A stretch of 64,000 bases of DNA from Candidatus Iainarchaeum sp. (GCA_016187745.1 JACPJC010000006.1:26747-90746), one strand, 5' to 3'. Positions 1 to 9,965 are shown, counted from the stretch's first letter. Notes: generated from the sequence alone by a model not told the origin. A program made the numbers and translations.

Positions 1-1741
1 GCTTGTGAATGAGCTGCAGCTTACGGAGCAGCAGATGCAGGAGCGCTTCATAAAAACAATAACGCAGGTAAATGCGCTGATAAAGAGAGGGGCAGCAGAT
101 GAGTTCAAGGAAAAATGGCAGGTTCGCGTTCAGGACGGAAGCGTAACATTCGGCTCCGCTTACAATAATTGGGCATTGAATTCTGACACGATTGCGGAAA
201 ACAAGATGGGCTTCAAGGAAGTCTATGAGTACTGCAAAAACGGCAAACAGAAGGAGCTTGCTCAGAAAACCAAGCTGCACTCCGCGGTTCTGGGAATGGT
301 TGTAAAGCACCTGCCTTCCCCTGTGCAGGCGCAGAAATACAGGATTCCAACAATCTGGACGGGGGATCCGGAAAGTGAAGAGGGCAAGGCAATGATGGGC
401 TGCGACCCCAACGGGCCTGTGGCAATGATGGTAAATGACGTTACTGTTGACCCGCACGCGGGGGATGTCGCAACAGGAAGGATTTATTCCGGAACCATAA
501 GGCGCGGAACCCTTGTAAAGCTTATAGGCATGCAGAAGGATGTAAGCGTGCAGCAGGTCTGCCTTTACATGGGCCCTGAAAGGATTACGGTTGATGAGAT
601 TCCCTCGGGGAATATCGCGGCTATTGTGGGAATAAGGGAAGTTTATGCGGGAGAAACAATCTCAACAGCGAAAATAAAGGAATTTGAAAGCTTCATGACT
701 ACTGTAGAGCCGGTAATGACTGTCAGCGTTGAGCCGAAATCAACAAAGGACCTTCCGAAACTTATTGAGGTTGTAAGGCAGATTTCAAAGGAAGACCCGA
801 ATGTCAAAGCTACACTAAACCAGGAGACGGGGGAGCATCTGCTTTCAGGCATGGGGGAACTGCATCTTGAAATCACTAAATACAGGATTGAGGTTGACCA
901 TAAGGTTCCCATTGAAGTTAGCACTCCGATTGTTGTTTACAAGGAAACAATTGCAAAGGGCTCCCCGACGCTCGAGGGAAAATCCCCGAACAAGCACAAC
1001 AAGTTCAAGCTGCGCGTTGAGCCCATGGAAGAGGAAATCAGGCTGAAGCTTATTGAGGCAAGGCTGCAGGGAAAAGTTAGGGAAAAGGACAAGGAGATTG
1101 TCCCGAAATTAATGGATATTGGATTTACAAGGGACGAGGCAAAGAGCGCATGGGCAATACACAACAACAACATAATTATTGATGAATCCCGCGGTGTGCA
1201 GTATTTGAATGAAGTAAAGGAGCTTGTGATTCAGGGCTTTACTGATGCGATGAATGAGGGGCCGCTGGCGAAGGAGCGCTGCATAGGGGTGAAGGTTTAC
1301 ATTGATGATGCCAATCTGCACGAGGACGCGATTCATCGCGGGCCGGCGCAGGTGCTTCCTGCGGTTACGCGCACAATATACGCGTGCATGCTTTCCGCGG
1401 ACGCATTGCTGCTTGAACCGAAGCAAATCCTTACAATAAATGTGCCGCAGGATTATATGGGCTCTGCAGCCAAGGAGCTGGGCGCTCGCAGGACGCAGAT
1501 AAATGAAATGCGCACCGAGGGGGACACTGCACTCATAATTGCAAAGGCGCCGGTTAAGGAGCTTATTGGATTTTCGGCCGCAATAAGAAGCGCAACGCAG
1601 GGGCGCGCCGTATGGACCGCGGAATATGCGGGCTATGAGAAATTGCCTCGCGAACTGCAGGCGCAGGTTGTAAGGGAAACAAGGCAGAGAAAGGGCATGG
1701 ACATTGAAGTTAAGCCCTACCAGTTCTTCCTGGAATCGTAA
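1..1741 (+). CDS. fusA: Elongation factor 2 (aEF-2), 5'-truncated at window edge
   Basis: 578-aa C-terminal portion with the diphthamide-region motif HEDAIHRGPAQV and EF-2 domain IV/V-like sequence. The ORF runs into the window start. Confidence 0.9.
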   Translation, partial: LVNELQLTEQQMQERFIKTITQVNALIKRGAADEFKEKWQVRVQDGSVTFGSAYNNWALNSDTIAENKMGFKEVYEYCKNGKQKELAQKTKLHSAVLGMVVKHLPSPVQAQKYRIPTIWTGDPESEEGKAMMGCDPNGPVAMMVNDVTVDPHAGDVATGRIYSGTIRRGTLVKLIGMQKDVSVQQVCLYMGPERITVDEIPSGNIAAIVGIREVYAGETISTAKIKEFESFMTTVEPVMTVSVEPKSTKDLPKLIEVVRQISKEDPNVKATLNQETGEHLLSGMGELHLEITKYRIEVDHKVPIEVSTPIVVYKETIAKGSPTLEGKSPNKHNKFKLRVEPMEEEIRLKLIEARLQGKVREKDKEIVPKLMDIGFTRDEAKSAWAIHNNNIIIDESRGVQYLNEVKELVIQGFTDAMNEGPLAKERCIGVKVYIDDANLHEDAIHRGPAQVLPAVTRTIYACMLSADALLLEPKQILTINVPQDYMGSAAKELGARRTQINEMRTEGDTALIIAKAPVKELIGFSAAIRSATQGRAVWTAEYAGYEKLPRELQAQVVRETRQRKGMDIEVKPYQFFLES

Positions 1742-1763
1742 AGAGCCCTGGCATAAATGCCAA

Positions 1764-1800
1764 GGCGCTTAACATTCAGCGCCAAGGTTCTTTGGTAAAA
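1764..1800 (+). terminator. Hairpin GGCGCT-N9-AGCGCC followed by a T-rich tract after aEF-2
   Basis: Perfect 6-bp stem directly 3' of the fusA stop, followed by ggttctttggtaaaaaa. Confidence 0.4.
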
Positions 1801-1863
1801 AACTGCGTAAAATAGAACGCTTTTTAAACCTTTTTGAATGAAAATAATAATATAGCAAACTCT

Positions 1864-1897
1864 AATTAACCTTCACTGGTTTATCATTAGGTTAATT
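1864..1897 (+). promoter_or_regulatory. 9-bp perfect inverted repeat AATTAACCT-N16-AGGTTAATT in the tuf leader
   Basis: Seen directly in the sequence, about 55 nt upstream of the EF-1alpha start. It follows an AT-rich TATA-like stretch (aataataatata). Confidence 0.35.
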
Positions 1898-1952
1898 GTG
1901 TTCAAATCCAGATTTAGGGAAACCTAATGCAATTGTTTCGGAGGATGAAATT

Positions 1953-3233
1953 ATGGCGGATAAACCACACGTAAATTTGGTTTTCATTGGCCATGTTGAC
2001 CATGGCAAATCCACACTCGTGGGAAGGCTTTTGTATGATACGGGCGCATTAAGCGAGCAGGATTACCGCAAGCTTAAGGCGGAAGCTGATGCCCAGGGAA
2101 AGGGCACATTTGTGTTTGCATATGTGATGGACACATTGAAAGAGGAAAGGGAGCGCGGAGTGACAATTGATGTTTCCTACAAGAAATTTGACGGGAAGAA
2201 AAACAACTTCACAATAATCGATGCTCCGGGGCACAGGGATTTTGTAAAGAACATGATTACAGGCACTTCGCAGGCCGATGCCGCGGTTCTTGTTGTTTCT
2301 GCAAAAGAGGGAGTGCAGCCCCAGACAAAGGAGCATGCGTTCCTTGCGCAGGTAATGGGCCTGAAGCAGCTAATAATTGCAGTAAACAAGATGGACGAGA
2401 TGAAATACGAGCAGAAGGCATTTGACACGCTTAAGGCTGACCTTTCAAAGCTCCTTTCTGCTGTCGGATATAAGATGGATACAATTCTTTTCGTTCCGGT
2501 ATCCGCATGGGTAGGGGACAATGTTGCAAAGGCAAGCAGCAATTTGGGATGGTACAAAGGCCCAACGCTTGTTGAGGCCCTTGACACCGTTGTTGCGCCG
2601 AAGCCACCGACAGACAAGCCATTGAGATTGCCAATACAGGATGTTTACAACATAAAAGGGGTAGGGACAGTCCCTGTTGGAAGGGTAGAAACAGGGATAA
2701 TGAAGCCAGGGGATTCTGTAATAGTAAATCCCCCGGGAGTGAGCGGCGAAGTGAAAACAATTGAGATGCACCACGAGCAGCTTACGCAGGCCGTTCCAGG
2801 GGACAATGTCGGCTTCAATGTAAGGGGCATAAACAAGGAAGACATAACACGCGGGGACGTTTTGGGCCACACAAGGGACCCCCCAACTGTTGTGAAGGAT
2901 TTCATAGCGCAGATTGTTGTGCTGAACCACCCAACAGCGATTCCTGTGAATTACACGCCTGTGTTCCACATACACACTGCGCAGCTTTCATGCGCATTGA
3001 CGGAACTGCAGAAGAAAATCGACCCAAAAACCGGAGCTACAGTCGAGGAAAATCCGAAATTCCTCAAGACAGGCGATGCCGCAATAGTGAAGATTGTTCC
3101 CACAAAGGCGGTTGTAATTGAGGAATACAAGAAATTCCCGCAATTGGGAAGGTTTGCCATAAGGGACATGGGGCAGACCGTTGCCGCAGGGATTGTAACT
3201 TCAGTAACGCTGAGGCCTCCGGGCGGAAAGTGA
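1953..3233 (+). CDS. tuf: Elongation factor 1-alpha
   Basis: [27 protein letters not shown] with G1-G4 GTPase motifs. A GGAGG ribosome-binding site lies 5 nt upstream of the ATG at 1953. Confidence 0.95.
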   Translation: MADKPHVNLVFIGHVDHGKSTLVGRLLYDTGALSEQDYRKLKAEADAQGKGTFVFAYVMDTLKEERERGVTIDVSYKKFDGKKNNFTIIDAPGHRDFVKNMITGTSQADAAVLVVSAKEGVQPQTKEHAFLAQVMGLKQLIIAVNKMDEMKYEQKAFDTLKADLSKLLSAVGYKMDTILFVPVSAWVGDNVAKASSNLGWYKGPTLVEALDTVVAPKPPTDKPLRLPIQDVYNIKGVGTVPVGRVETGIMKPGDSVIVNPPGVSGEVKTIEMHHEQLTQAVPGDNVGFNVRGINKEDITRGDVLGHTRDPPTVVKDFIAQIVVLNHPTAIPVNYTPVFHIHTAQLSCALTELQKKIDPKTGATVEENPKFLKTGDAAIVKIVPTKAVVIEEYKKFPQLGRFAIRDMGQTVAAGIVTSVTLRPPGGK

Positions 3234-3275
3234 ATCTTTGTTTTTGATTTTTTATCAAAATATATTTTCTTTTTT

Positions 3276-3365
3276 CAAGGTTTTTTCTTTTTAGAAAGAA
3301 AAAAGCTGTTTTCTTTTTCCAGGTTTTTCTTTTTCGAAAAGAAAAAGCTGTTCAAGACTTTTTCG
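3276..3365 (+). terminator. Tandem pair of about 40-nt units, each a TTTCTTTTT-loop-AAAAAGAAA hairpin plus T-tract
   Basis: Two imperfect tandem copies (caaggttttttctttttagaaagaaaaaagctgtttt and ccaggtttttctttttcgaaaagaaaaagctgttc) directly after the tuf stop. Confidence 0.55.
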
Positions 3366-3398
3366 TTAAAAAAGTTTTGGGTGCAAAGGTGAGTCAAA

Positions 3399-3710
3399 AT
3401 GCAAAAAGCGCGCATAAAATTGAGCAGCCCTGATTATGGCACCTTGAACGGAATATGCACCCAGATAATTGATGTTGCCGAGCGCACAGGGGTTAAGCAC
3501 TCCGGCAGCATTCCATTGCCCACAAGGAAAATGGTAATCCCCACAAGGAAGAGCCCGTGCGGGGGGGGCACGCACACCTTTGACCACTGGGAAATGCGCG
3601 TGCACAAGCGCCTCATTGACATTGAGGCTGATGAGCGCACCTTGCGCAGGATTATGCGCGTTGAGATTCCCGAAAACGTTAAAGTGGAAATCGAGCTGAA
3701 GGAAGCCTGA
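3399..3710 (+). CDS. rps10: Ribosomal protein S10
   Basis: The 103-aa product matches the uS10 fold sequence (IRIKLSSPD...[18 protein letters not shown]). Confidence 0.9.
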   Translation: MQKARIKLSSPDYGTLNGICTQIIDVAERTGVKHSGSIPLPTRKMVIPTRKSPCGGGTHTFDHWEMRVHKRLIDIEADERTLRRIMRVEIPENVKVEIELKEA

Positions 3711-4045
3711 TGGGAAATTTTAGGTTTATTGGAAGATTCAACTTTTTAGCAGGGATAAAACGCAGAAGAAAGGCAAATCCGCACTATTCAGGGATGCTTG
3801 AAATCGGGCAGCTTGCTGAAGTTGTTGAAAAAGACCCTGCAAAGCGCAAACTGTTTGAGGTTTGGGGCTATGCTTCCGAACTTTCGGAAAAGAGGCTTGT
3901 TGAGAAGGGGCTGGCTCCAGAAGCAATAAAATTCTTTGTTGGGGAAGGAATATTGATTAAGCTTCCTGTAACTTTTGGCGGGGCAAGATATTTTCTTAGC
4001 CAGGACAGGGGGATTTCGCTCCTTTCCAAATTCAAAAAGGAATAA
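3710..4045 (+). CDS. Hypothetical protein, start overlaps rps10 stop (TGATG)
   Basis: 111-aa ORF whose ATG overlaps the S10 stop codon. No family recognised. Confidence 0.45.
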   Translation: MGNFRFIGRFNFLAGIKRRRKANPHYSGMLEIGQLAEVVEKDPAKRKLFEVWGYASELSEKRLVEKGLAPEAIKFFVGEGILIKLPVTFGGARYFLSQDRGISLLSKFKKE

Positions 4046-4056
4046 TTATATGCAAA

Positions 4057-4398
4057 TCAGAGCATTTTTGCGCGCTTCTTCAGCATTGTAATAATATCTT
4101 CAACAACTTTCTTTTCCACAGCTTTATTCTCTGCAGCATTAAGGCGCCTTCCGAGTTCTGCGCTCCTTGCGCCCTTCAGGTGCATGGCCAGGATGTTTGC
4201 CCAATAGCCGAGCTCGGATTTTCTGCTGCGCCATGTGCCTTTCATTACAAGCCCGTTTATCATATGCCCTGCGGTTATGCCCCCGCCGTCAATATTCACC
4301 TCCCTGCCTGATTGCCTGATGCCCTGCATCATCGCGCGCCTGCATTCCAAAAGATTCCTTGCAGTATGCTCACCTGCTTTTTTAATTGCCTGCATCAA
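4057..4398 (-). CDS. Hypothetical protein
   Basis: 113-aa ORF that fills a 400-nt gap with no plus-strand ORF. No family recognised. Confidence 0.35.
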   Translation of the reverse strand: MMQAIKKAGEHTARNLLECRRAMMQGIRQSGREVNIDGGGITAGHMINGLVMKGTWRSRKSELGYWANILAMHLKGARSAELGRRLNAAENKAVEKKVVEDIITMLKKRAKML

Positions 4399-4451
4399 TT
4401 AAACACCATACGCGAATTGTTTATAAACAGAATTTTGCATTCTTATTTGTG

Positions 4452-4883
4452 ATGCAGGACTTCGAATATCTTGAGCACACCGCTGATGCGAAGTTCCGCG
4501 CTTTCGGAAGCACGCTTGCAGAGTGCTTTGGGAACAGCGCGAAAGCGATGGTAAATGTAGTGTGCGCGCTGGAGAAAATTGAAGCGAAGGAAGAAACTGA
4601 AATAAATGCGGAGGCCGAGAGTTCCGAGGACCTTCTGCACAAGTTCCTTGAAAACCTTCTATTTGAGATTGAAACGCGCGGGATGCTTTATTCTGAATTC
4701 AGGATTGAAATAGGCAATGACAGGACAAAATGGTTTTTGAAGTGCATTGCGCGCGGGGAAGAAATAAATCTGGAAAGGCATTCCATAAAGTCGGAAATAA
4801 AGGCCGTAACGTGGCACGAGTTTTTCCTGCGCAAGGATGCGGAAATTAACAAATGGGTTGCGCAGGTTATTGTGGATATTTGA
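4452..4883 (+). CDS. Archease (RtcB activator)
   Basis: N-terminal MQDFEYLEHTADAKFRAFG motif typical of archease. The likely true start is the internal ATG at 4452. Confidence 0.8.
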   Translation: MQDFEYLEHTADAKFRAFGSTLAECFGNSAKAMVNVVCALEKIEAKEETEINAEAESSEDLLHKFLENLLFEIETRGMLYSEFRIEIGNDRTKWFLKCIARGEEINLERHSIKSEIKAVTWHEFFLRKDAEINKWVAQVIVDI

Positions 4884-4892
4884 GGGATTTAC

Positions 4893-5642
4893 ATGAAGGG
4901 TTTGCTTTCAAAATTTGCTTTCTGGAAAAGAGCAAAAACACAGAAGTGGAAGGGGGAACTGAACCTAAAGGCTATTAAGAGAAAAAACTGGTTTTTGGCA
5001 TATTCGCCTGAGGCCCGGAGTTTCATTGCCAAAAATAAGAAAGTGCTGCGCAGCATTTATGAATTCGTTCACAACGAAGATAATATTAAAAGGTTGAAAA
5101 ATAGTGCAATCGGGATTGATGTTGGAGGCGGAATTCATATTGGCTACGATGCGACCGGCTTGCTTTACCGAGGCGAGCCATCCGTAACTTCAACCCTGAA
5201 GGTAAGTGTCGCAGGGAAGGTGTTTTTTGTAAAGATAAATAAAACAAATATGGAAAAGGCTGCAGATGTTCTGCATAGCACGCAAGTTATGGAAAAATAT
5301 CTCAGAAAGAGGCACTATAAGGTTGGGGAGTTTAATGTGCGCGTAATCAAGCCAATGCTGCTGTACGAGCCAACCGGGGGCAAGACCTATGTTGCAACAG
5401 AATTTTACAAGGAGGGGGATGTGATATTAATTTATGATATGGAATACCATAACTTCGCAGACTATCGCGGGATAAAAGGCGGTTTGAAATACGGAAGAGA
5501 CCTGAGATTCAGCGAGCTGAGAAAGACAATTCAGGCCATACGGATGGATGATGAAAACAAAGCGGGAGATGTGTTTACTCACAATGCATTTTATCAGCCT
5601 AAAACAAACACAATTTTGCTATTTGATTTGCGCAGGCACTAA
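4893..5642 (+). CDS. Hypothetical protein, possibly atypical kinase-like fold
   Basis: 249 aa. The pattern beta-strand Lys (VFFVKINK), hinge-like ATEFYKEGD, and HN...LLFDL resembles the Kdo/RIO/APH-like kinase arrangement. This assignment is weak. Confidence 0.4.
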   Translation: MKGLLSKFAFWKRAKTQKWKGELNLKAIKRKNWFLAYSPEARSFIAKNKKVLRSIYEFVHNEDNIKRLKNSAIGIDVGGGIHIGYDATGLLYRGEPSVTSTLKVSVAGKVFFVKINKTNMEKAADVLHSTQVMEKYLRKRHYKVGEFNVRVIKPMLLYEPTGGKTYVATEFYKEGDVILIYDMEYHNFADYRGIKGGLKYGRDLRFSELRKTIQAIRMDDENKAGDVFTHNAFYQPKTNTILLFDLRRH

Positions 5643-5648
5643 TGAGGG

Positions 5649-6104
5649 ATGGAAAAAATGAAACTCGCAATTGCTTCCGACCATGGCGGATTTGAATTGA
5701 AAAATTACATAATGGAATCTTTAGTAAAGGAGAAATACGATATTGAGGATTTCGGCTGCGACAGCGCGGAGAGCTGCGATTATCCTGATTATGCGCTGAA
5801 GGTCGCGGATGCGGTTGCTTGCGGAAACGCTGAATTCGGAATTCTTGTCTGCGGCACAGGAATCGGGATGTCAATGGCGGCAAACAAAGTGAGGGGAATC
5901 CGCGCCGCAGTTGCAAGCAGCGCGGAGCAGGCAAAACTTGCGAGGGAGCACAACAATGCGAATGTTCTCTGCATCGGGGGAAGGATTTTGCAGAAAGAGC
6001 AGGCGGAGCAAATAGTTAAAACCTTTCTCACTACATATTTTACAAATGAGGAAAGGCATTTGAGAAGGGTAAATAAAATAATGGAAATTGAAAAATTAAA
6101 ATAA
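5649..6104 (+). CDS. rpiB: Ribose-5-phosphate isomerase B (RpiB/LacAB family)
   Basis: MKLAIASDHGGFELK...CGTGIGMSMAANKVRGIRAA are canonical RpiB motifs. Confidence 0.85.
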   Translation: MEKMKLAIASDHGGFELKNYIMESLVKEKYDIEDFGCDSAESCDYPDYALKVADAVACGNAEFGILVCGTGIGMSMAANKVRGIRAAVASSAEQAKLAREHNNANVLCIGGRILQKEQAEQIVKTFLTTYFTNEERHLRRVNKIMEIEKLK

Positions 6105-6120
6105 AAAATGTGCTGCAAAG

Positions 6121-6284
6121 GTTCATTTCTGTTCACATCCCTGCTTATTAACCTGCTCATTCGGTGCATTCGGCCATAAAAAAGGTGTTTTTTGGACATT
6201 TGCCTTGTTCATTCCTGTTCAGCCCCCTGCTTATTAACAGTTCATGTGCATATCTGGCTATGGAAAAAGTGGTTTTTGGGCATT
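6121..6284 (+). repeat. Imperfect tandem duplication (about 80 bp x2) spanning the promoter and start of the surface-protein gene
   Basis: Copy A at 6121-6200 and copy B at 6207-6284 are about 75% identical. Copy B carries the ATG at 6260. Copy A has ATA in the equivalent position. Confidence 0.6.
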
Positions 6285-9031
6285 GGAAGACTGCAGCAAC
6301 CTTTTTGTTTGTGTTGCTGGCAATTAGCTTTGCTTATGCCATAGATTTCAATATTTTTTACATTGACGGCAATGCGGATAATGGCGGCTTGCCTGCTTTT
6401 TCATTTGTGAGAGACGGCAATCTTAGGATAGATTTGAATGTAAGGGACAATAACTATGGTATATTACTTTTGGATTTAAATTATTCAACATCAAGATATA
6501 CGTACGGAACGCCAATTGTTGATGATTTGAACCTCAACTCTTATGCAGGCTGCCAGGACAATAATTTCATTGATTCAACCCGATGCTCAGTGTATTTTGA
6601 TATAGGCGCAATTGCAGACGGAAACTATTTTATAAGCGGTGCGGCAAGGGACACTTTTGGGGGCGCAGGGTCTTTTGCCTATGATATTTCAGACAACAAC
6701 TTCATGGTTGACAATACTGTTCCAATAACAACAGATGACGCAAATGCCGGATGGCAGAATTTTAATGCAAATGTAAGAATAACCTGCAATGATGGAAACG
6801 GCTCAAGCTGTACAATATGGGGAAGTGCTCTTAATTATTATAGGAAAGATACTGATCTTTCAGCAGCGGTTTCATATGGGGCATGGCAAATATATAACTT
6901 ATCCCCCATACCATTCACCGCGGACGGAAACTGGGCTTTGGACTATTACACAATAGATAGGGCTGGAAATGCGGAAACAATAAAAACCACTTATGTGCTA
7001 ATAGACAAAACATCCCCGGATATAAATATTGTCCAGCCTGCCGGAAACAGCACTTCAAGCAATCTCCTGTGGTTTGAGGTAAGCAAAGGATATGGCTCTG
7101 ACATCAATGCAAATACAATAAAAGCAGACATAAATGGTGTAGCAAGCGACCTCAATTTCTCACAACATTGTGTAGAAACAGGCGAAGGATACAAATGCTC
7201 ATGGGCAGAATCAAGCCTTGCTTCGGGAAATGATTACAACTTGGCTGTTTTTGCAAAAGACAATGTTGAATGGAGAGCAACAGCACAAAGGGTATTTACA
7301 TATACAATTCCTGCGCCGGGCTCGTTGCCTGACATAAACATTAACTATATTGACGGCCATGCAGACAGTAATGCCTTGCCTACCTTCTCATATGCGAGAG
7401 ATGGCTTAATCACCATAGATTTCAATGTTGCAGATGTAACACCTGCCTCGTTTATTTTGGACATGAATTACTCCACTTCAAATGTAAATGGAACTGGCGC
7501 TGCAATAGCTGATGATTTGAACCTTGACTCCTATGCGGGATGCGATGACACAAACTTCTTGGATTCAACGCACTGCAGCATTGATTGGAATGCAATGGGC
7601 ATTGCTGACGGGAATTACTATATTCTTGTATCACTGAGAAGCAGCCCGGATACTGCAATTGAATCATCCGATAATAATTTCTTAATTGACAACACAAAAC
7701 CGGTTATTGCATTTACTTTGCCCGCGTCCGGAGAAATGATCACAAATACATTTACAGTTAAATTTGATATAAATGATTCTGGCGGAAGCGGAGTGGACGG
7801 CGATAATGTTTTCTTTGATACAAATGCCACAGATATAAATACTGCAATTGTGATTGGAAGCGGCTCATGGGATATGAATTATATTGCTACATATACGGTC
7901 TCAAATGTTCCGGATGGTGATTATAATGTAACAATACGTGCAGTGGATAAGGCTGGAAACCAGGCTGATCAGAACACTGCATTAATTCATTATGACACAA
8001 ATGCCCCAAGCGTAAGCATTGAGTCTGTTTCAACAAGTTCGGATTCTGCAACAATAACCTATTCGGGCTTTGATTCCGGCTCTGGAATCAAGGAGTACTG
8101 GATTAGGCTTGATTATGAAGAATCCCTAAGTGGAAGCTGGGAGAGTAATGGAACTGCAACAAGCAAAACCTATAGCGGCTTGAGCGCAGGCTCATACACC
8201 TTCTATTTAAAAGCAACTGATTATGCTGATTCAAACAGCCCTGATGCCAATACCAATTTCACTATAAGCGCCAGCAATGGAGGGAACCCCGGAGGGGGGC
8301 CTGGTGGAGGTCCAGGCGGAGGCCCCAGCCCGCCCACCCCGACTCTGCAGTGCACTGATACAGACAACAGCGATGATTTATTCGCTTTTGGATACGCCTA
8401 TGCAAAAAGAGGGAATTCGCCAATGACGCTTTTGCAGCTGGATAAGTGCTCGGACAAGGACAACCCAAATGAAATGAAATATGATATCATAGAGGCAATA
8501 TGCATACACGAGCAGCCGAAAGGCGCTCCAAGAAATTGCCCGGAGAATTATCATTGCGGAACATCCCCACAAACCATAAATGACACAGCATATCTGCTTG
8601 CTGCATGCGTGCCTGATGAAAATGCAGAAGAGGCAGGCGAAGAGGGGCCGTTTGAAAGCTTCAGCGAGCAGGTGGCTGAAAAACTTGCAGAACTGAGGGA
8701 AAATTTAAGTGAAAAACTGGCTGAATTTATGGAAGGCAATCCTATCATAAGCGGCCTGGTTTCGCTTGTTCTGGAAAAGAGGGCAATAGCCTCGGAAAGG
8801 GAGAGGGTAATAAGGAACTTTAATGTAAGTGATGCTGAGATAGTGGAGGGGGTTGAAGAAATTGCCTCGGAAGAAATCAATTTGGAGCAGTTTGAATCTG
8901 AGCTAAAGCTTTTCTCGGGGCACTTCAAAAAGCACCTTTATCTCGCGCTGAAGGACGGCTCAGAAGAAGAAAAAAAATTGCTTTACAAACAGATAAAAAG
9001 CTATCTAAGCGAGGTAGAAAGGGAGTCATGA
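6260..9031 (+). CDS. Large secreted cell-surface protein with duplicated N-terminal modules, Ig-like domains, Gly/Pro linker and Cys-rich C-terminal domain
   Basis: Signal peptide MEKVVFGHWKTAATFLFVLLAISFAYA. Two modules of about 130 aa (NIFYIDGNADNGGLPAFSFVRDG... and NINYIDGHADSNALPTFSYARDG...). Repeated D(K/N)T(S/K/A)P-type domain starts. GGNPGGGPGGGPGGGPSPPTPT linker. Many NxS/T sequons. Confidence 0.75.
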   Translation: MEKVVFGHWKTAATFLFVLLAISFAYAIDFNIFYIDGNADNGGLPAFSFVRDGNLRIDLNVRDNNYGILLLDLNYSTSRYTYGTPIVDDLNLNSYAGCQDNNFIDSTRCSVYFDIGAIADGNYFISGAARDTFGGAGSFAYDISDNNFMVDNTVPITTDDANAGWQNFNANVRITCNDGNGSSCTIWGSALNYYRKDTDLSAAVSYGAWQIYNLSPIPFTADGNWALDYYTIDRAGNAETIKTTYVLIDKTSPDINIVQPAGNSTSSNLLWFEVSKGYGSDINANTIKADINGVASDLNFSQHCVETGEGYKCSWAESSLASGNDYNLAVFAKDNVEWRATAQRVFTYTIPAPGSLPDININYIDGHADSNALPTFSYARDGLITIDFNVADVTPASFILDMNYSTSNVNGTGAAIADDLNLDSYAGCDDTNFLDSTHCSIDWNAMGIADGNYYILVSLRSSPDTAIESSDNNFLIDNTKPVIAFTLPASGEMITNTFTVKFDINDSGGSGVDGDNVFFDTNATDINTAIVIGSGSWDMNYIATYTVSNVPDGDYNVTIRAVDKAGNQADQNTALIHYDTNAPSVSIESVSTSSDSATITYSGFDSGSGIKEYWIRLDYEESLSGSWESNGTATSKTYSGLSAGSYTFYLKATDYADSNSPDANTNFTISASNGGNPGGGPGGGPGGGPSPPTPTLQCTDTDNSDDLFAFGYAYAKRGNSPMTLLQLDKCSDKDNPNEMKYDIIEAICIHEQPKGAPRNCPENYHCGTSPQTINDTAYLLAACVPDENAEEAGEEGPFESFSEQVAEKLAELRENLSEKLAEFMEGNPIISGLVSLVLEKRAIASERERVIRNFNVSDAEIVEGVEEIASEEINLEQFESELKLFSGHFKKHLYLALKDGSEEEKKLLYKQIKSYLSEVERES

Positions 9032-9110
9032 ATTAACTCTGTTCAATGAAAAAGTTTTTATAAACAACTTAAAGTAATAATATATGGCACATATGGGGTG
9101 AGGGAAAGAA

Positions 9111-9965
9111 ATGAATCTGGCTAAATGCTGTTCAATCCTGTTCATAGTATTATACATAATGGGAAGTGCACTTGCGGTTTCTGCAGATTATGATGTGAAA
9201 ATATCTGAAAATGGCAATTCTCTTGTTATAATTAATATTTCAGGAAAGGACTGCTTTGATCTGCCATTGCCATTGGATGTTGCCGAGCCGAATGTAACTG
9301 GCGCCTTGTATGTATATTCAGAAAAGGGAGTTGAAGTGTGCATTGGCTCTACTGAAAGCGCGATAATTGTTTACAGGTCTGCACTGCTTACAGAGAAGAC
9401 AGGGGGCTGGACATTCAAAATGGATTTGCCAGCTCTTGAAAAAGCATCTGCAAAGATCAATTTTCCGCAGAATGCCATTGTCACAAAAACAACCCCTTCT
9501 GCAAAAATTTGGCAGGCAGATGGCGCAAAATATGCAATTTACAATATCGGAAATGCAACTTCAATAGAGGCAAAATACAAATTTGGAACTGCTGAAACTC
9601 CCGCCGCTGCAACTACCGGGTTTTACTTCCTTGCTCAAAACTATGGGCTCTACGGCATCCTGCTGCTTGTTGTAATAGCTGCTGCCCTTTCATACTTCTT
9701 TTATTTCAGCAAGAAGCTGGCAAAAATAACTCCGGGGCAGGAAAATGTTGCCAAAACCCTTACAGAGAATGAGGCAAAGGTTGTCAAAATGCTTCTTGAG
9801 AATAAAGGCAGCATTAAAAGAAACCAGCTTGAAAGGAGTTCCGAGCTTGCAAAGTCAAGCCTTGCTGCTGTGCTCTACAACCTTGAGAACAAGAATATTG
9901 TCGGGGTTGACAAGAGCAATACCGTGCATCATGTAAAACTGAGCGATTGGTTCAAAGGGCTTTAA
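9111..9965 (+). CDS. Membrane-anchored winged-helix protein (signal peptide, extracellular domain, TM helix, C-terminal wHTH)
   Basis: N-terminal signal peptide. Single TM helix LYGILLLVVIAAALSYFFYF. The C-terminal 70 aa (TLTENEAKVVKMLLENKGSIKRNQLERSSELAKSSLAAVLYNLENKNIV) looks MarR/TrmB-like wHTH. Confidence 0.6.
   Translation: MNLAKCCSILFIVLYIMGSALAVSADYDVKISENGNSLVIINISGKDCFDLPLPLDVAEPNVTGALYVYSEKGVEVCIGSTESAIIVYRSALLTEKTGGWTFKMDLPALEKASAKINFPQNAIVTKTTPSAKIWQADGAKYAIYNIGNATSIEAKYKFGTAETPAAATTGFYFLAQNYGLYGILLLVVIAAALSYFFYFSKKLAKITPGQENVAKTLTENEAKVVKMLLENKGSIKRNQLERSSELAKSSLAAVLYNLENKNIVGVDKSNTVHHVKLSDWFKGL

Noticed and set aside
4057-4398. Peptidyl-tRNA hydrolase (Pth2) or lysozyme-like assignment for the 113-aa minus-strand ORF
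   Set aside because: The motif order does not match Pth2 and no lysozyme catalytic triad was found. It is left as hypothetical.
8281-8345. GC-rich nucleotide repeat (ggaggg/ggcctggtggaggtccaggcggaggc)
   Set aside because: It encodes the GGNPGGGPGGGPGGGPSPP inter-domain linker of the surface protein. It is a coding low-complexity region, not a mobile repeat.
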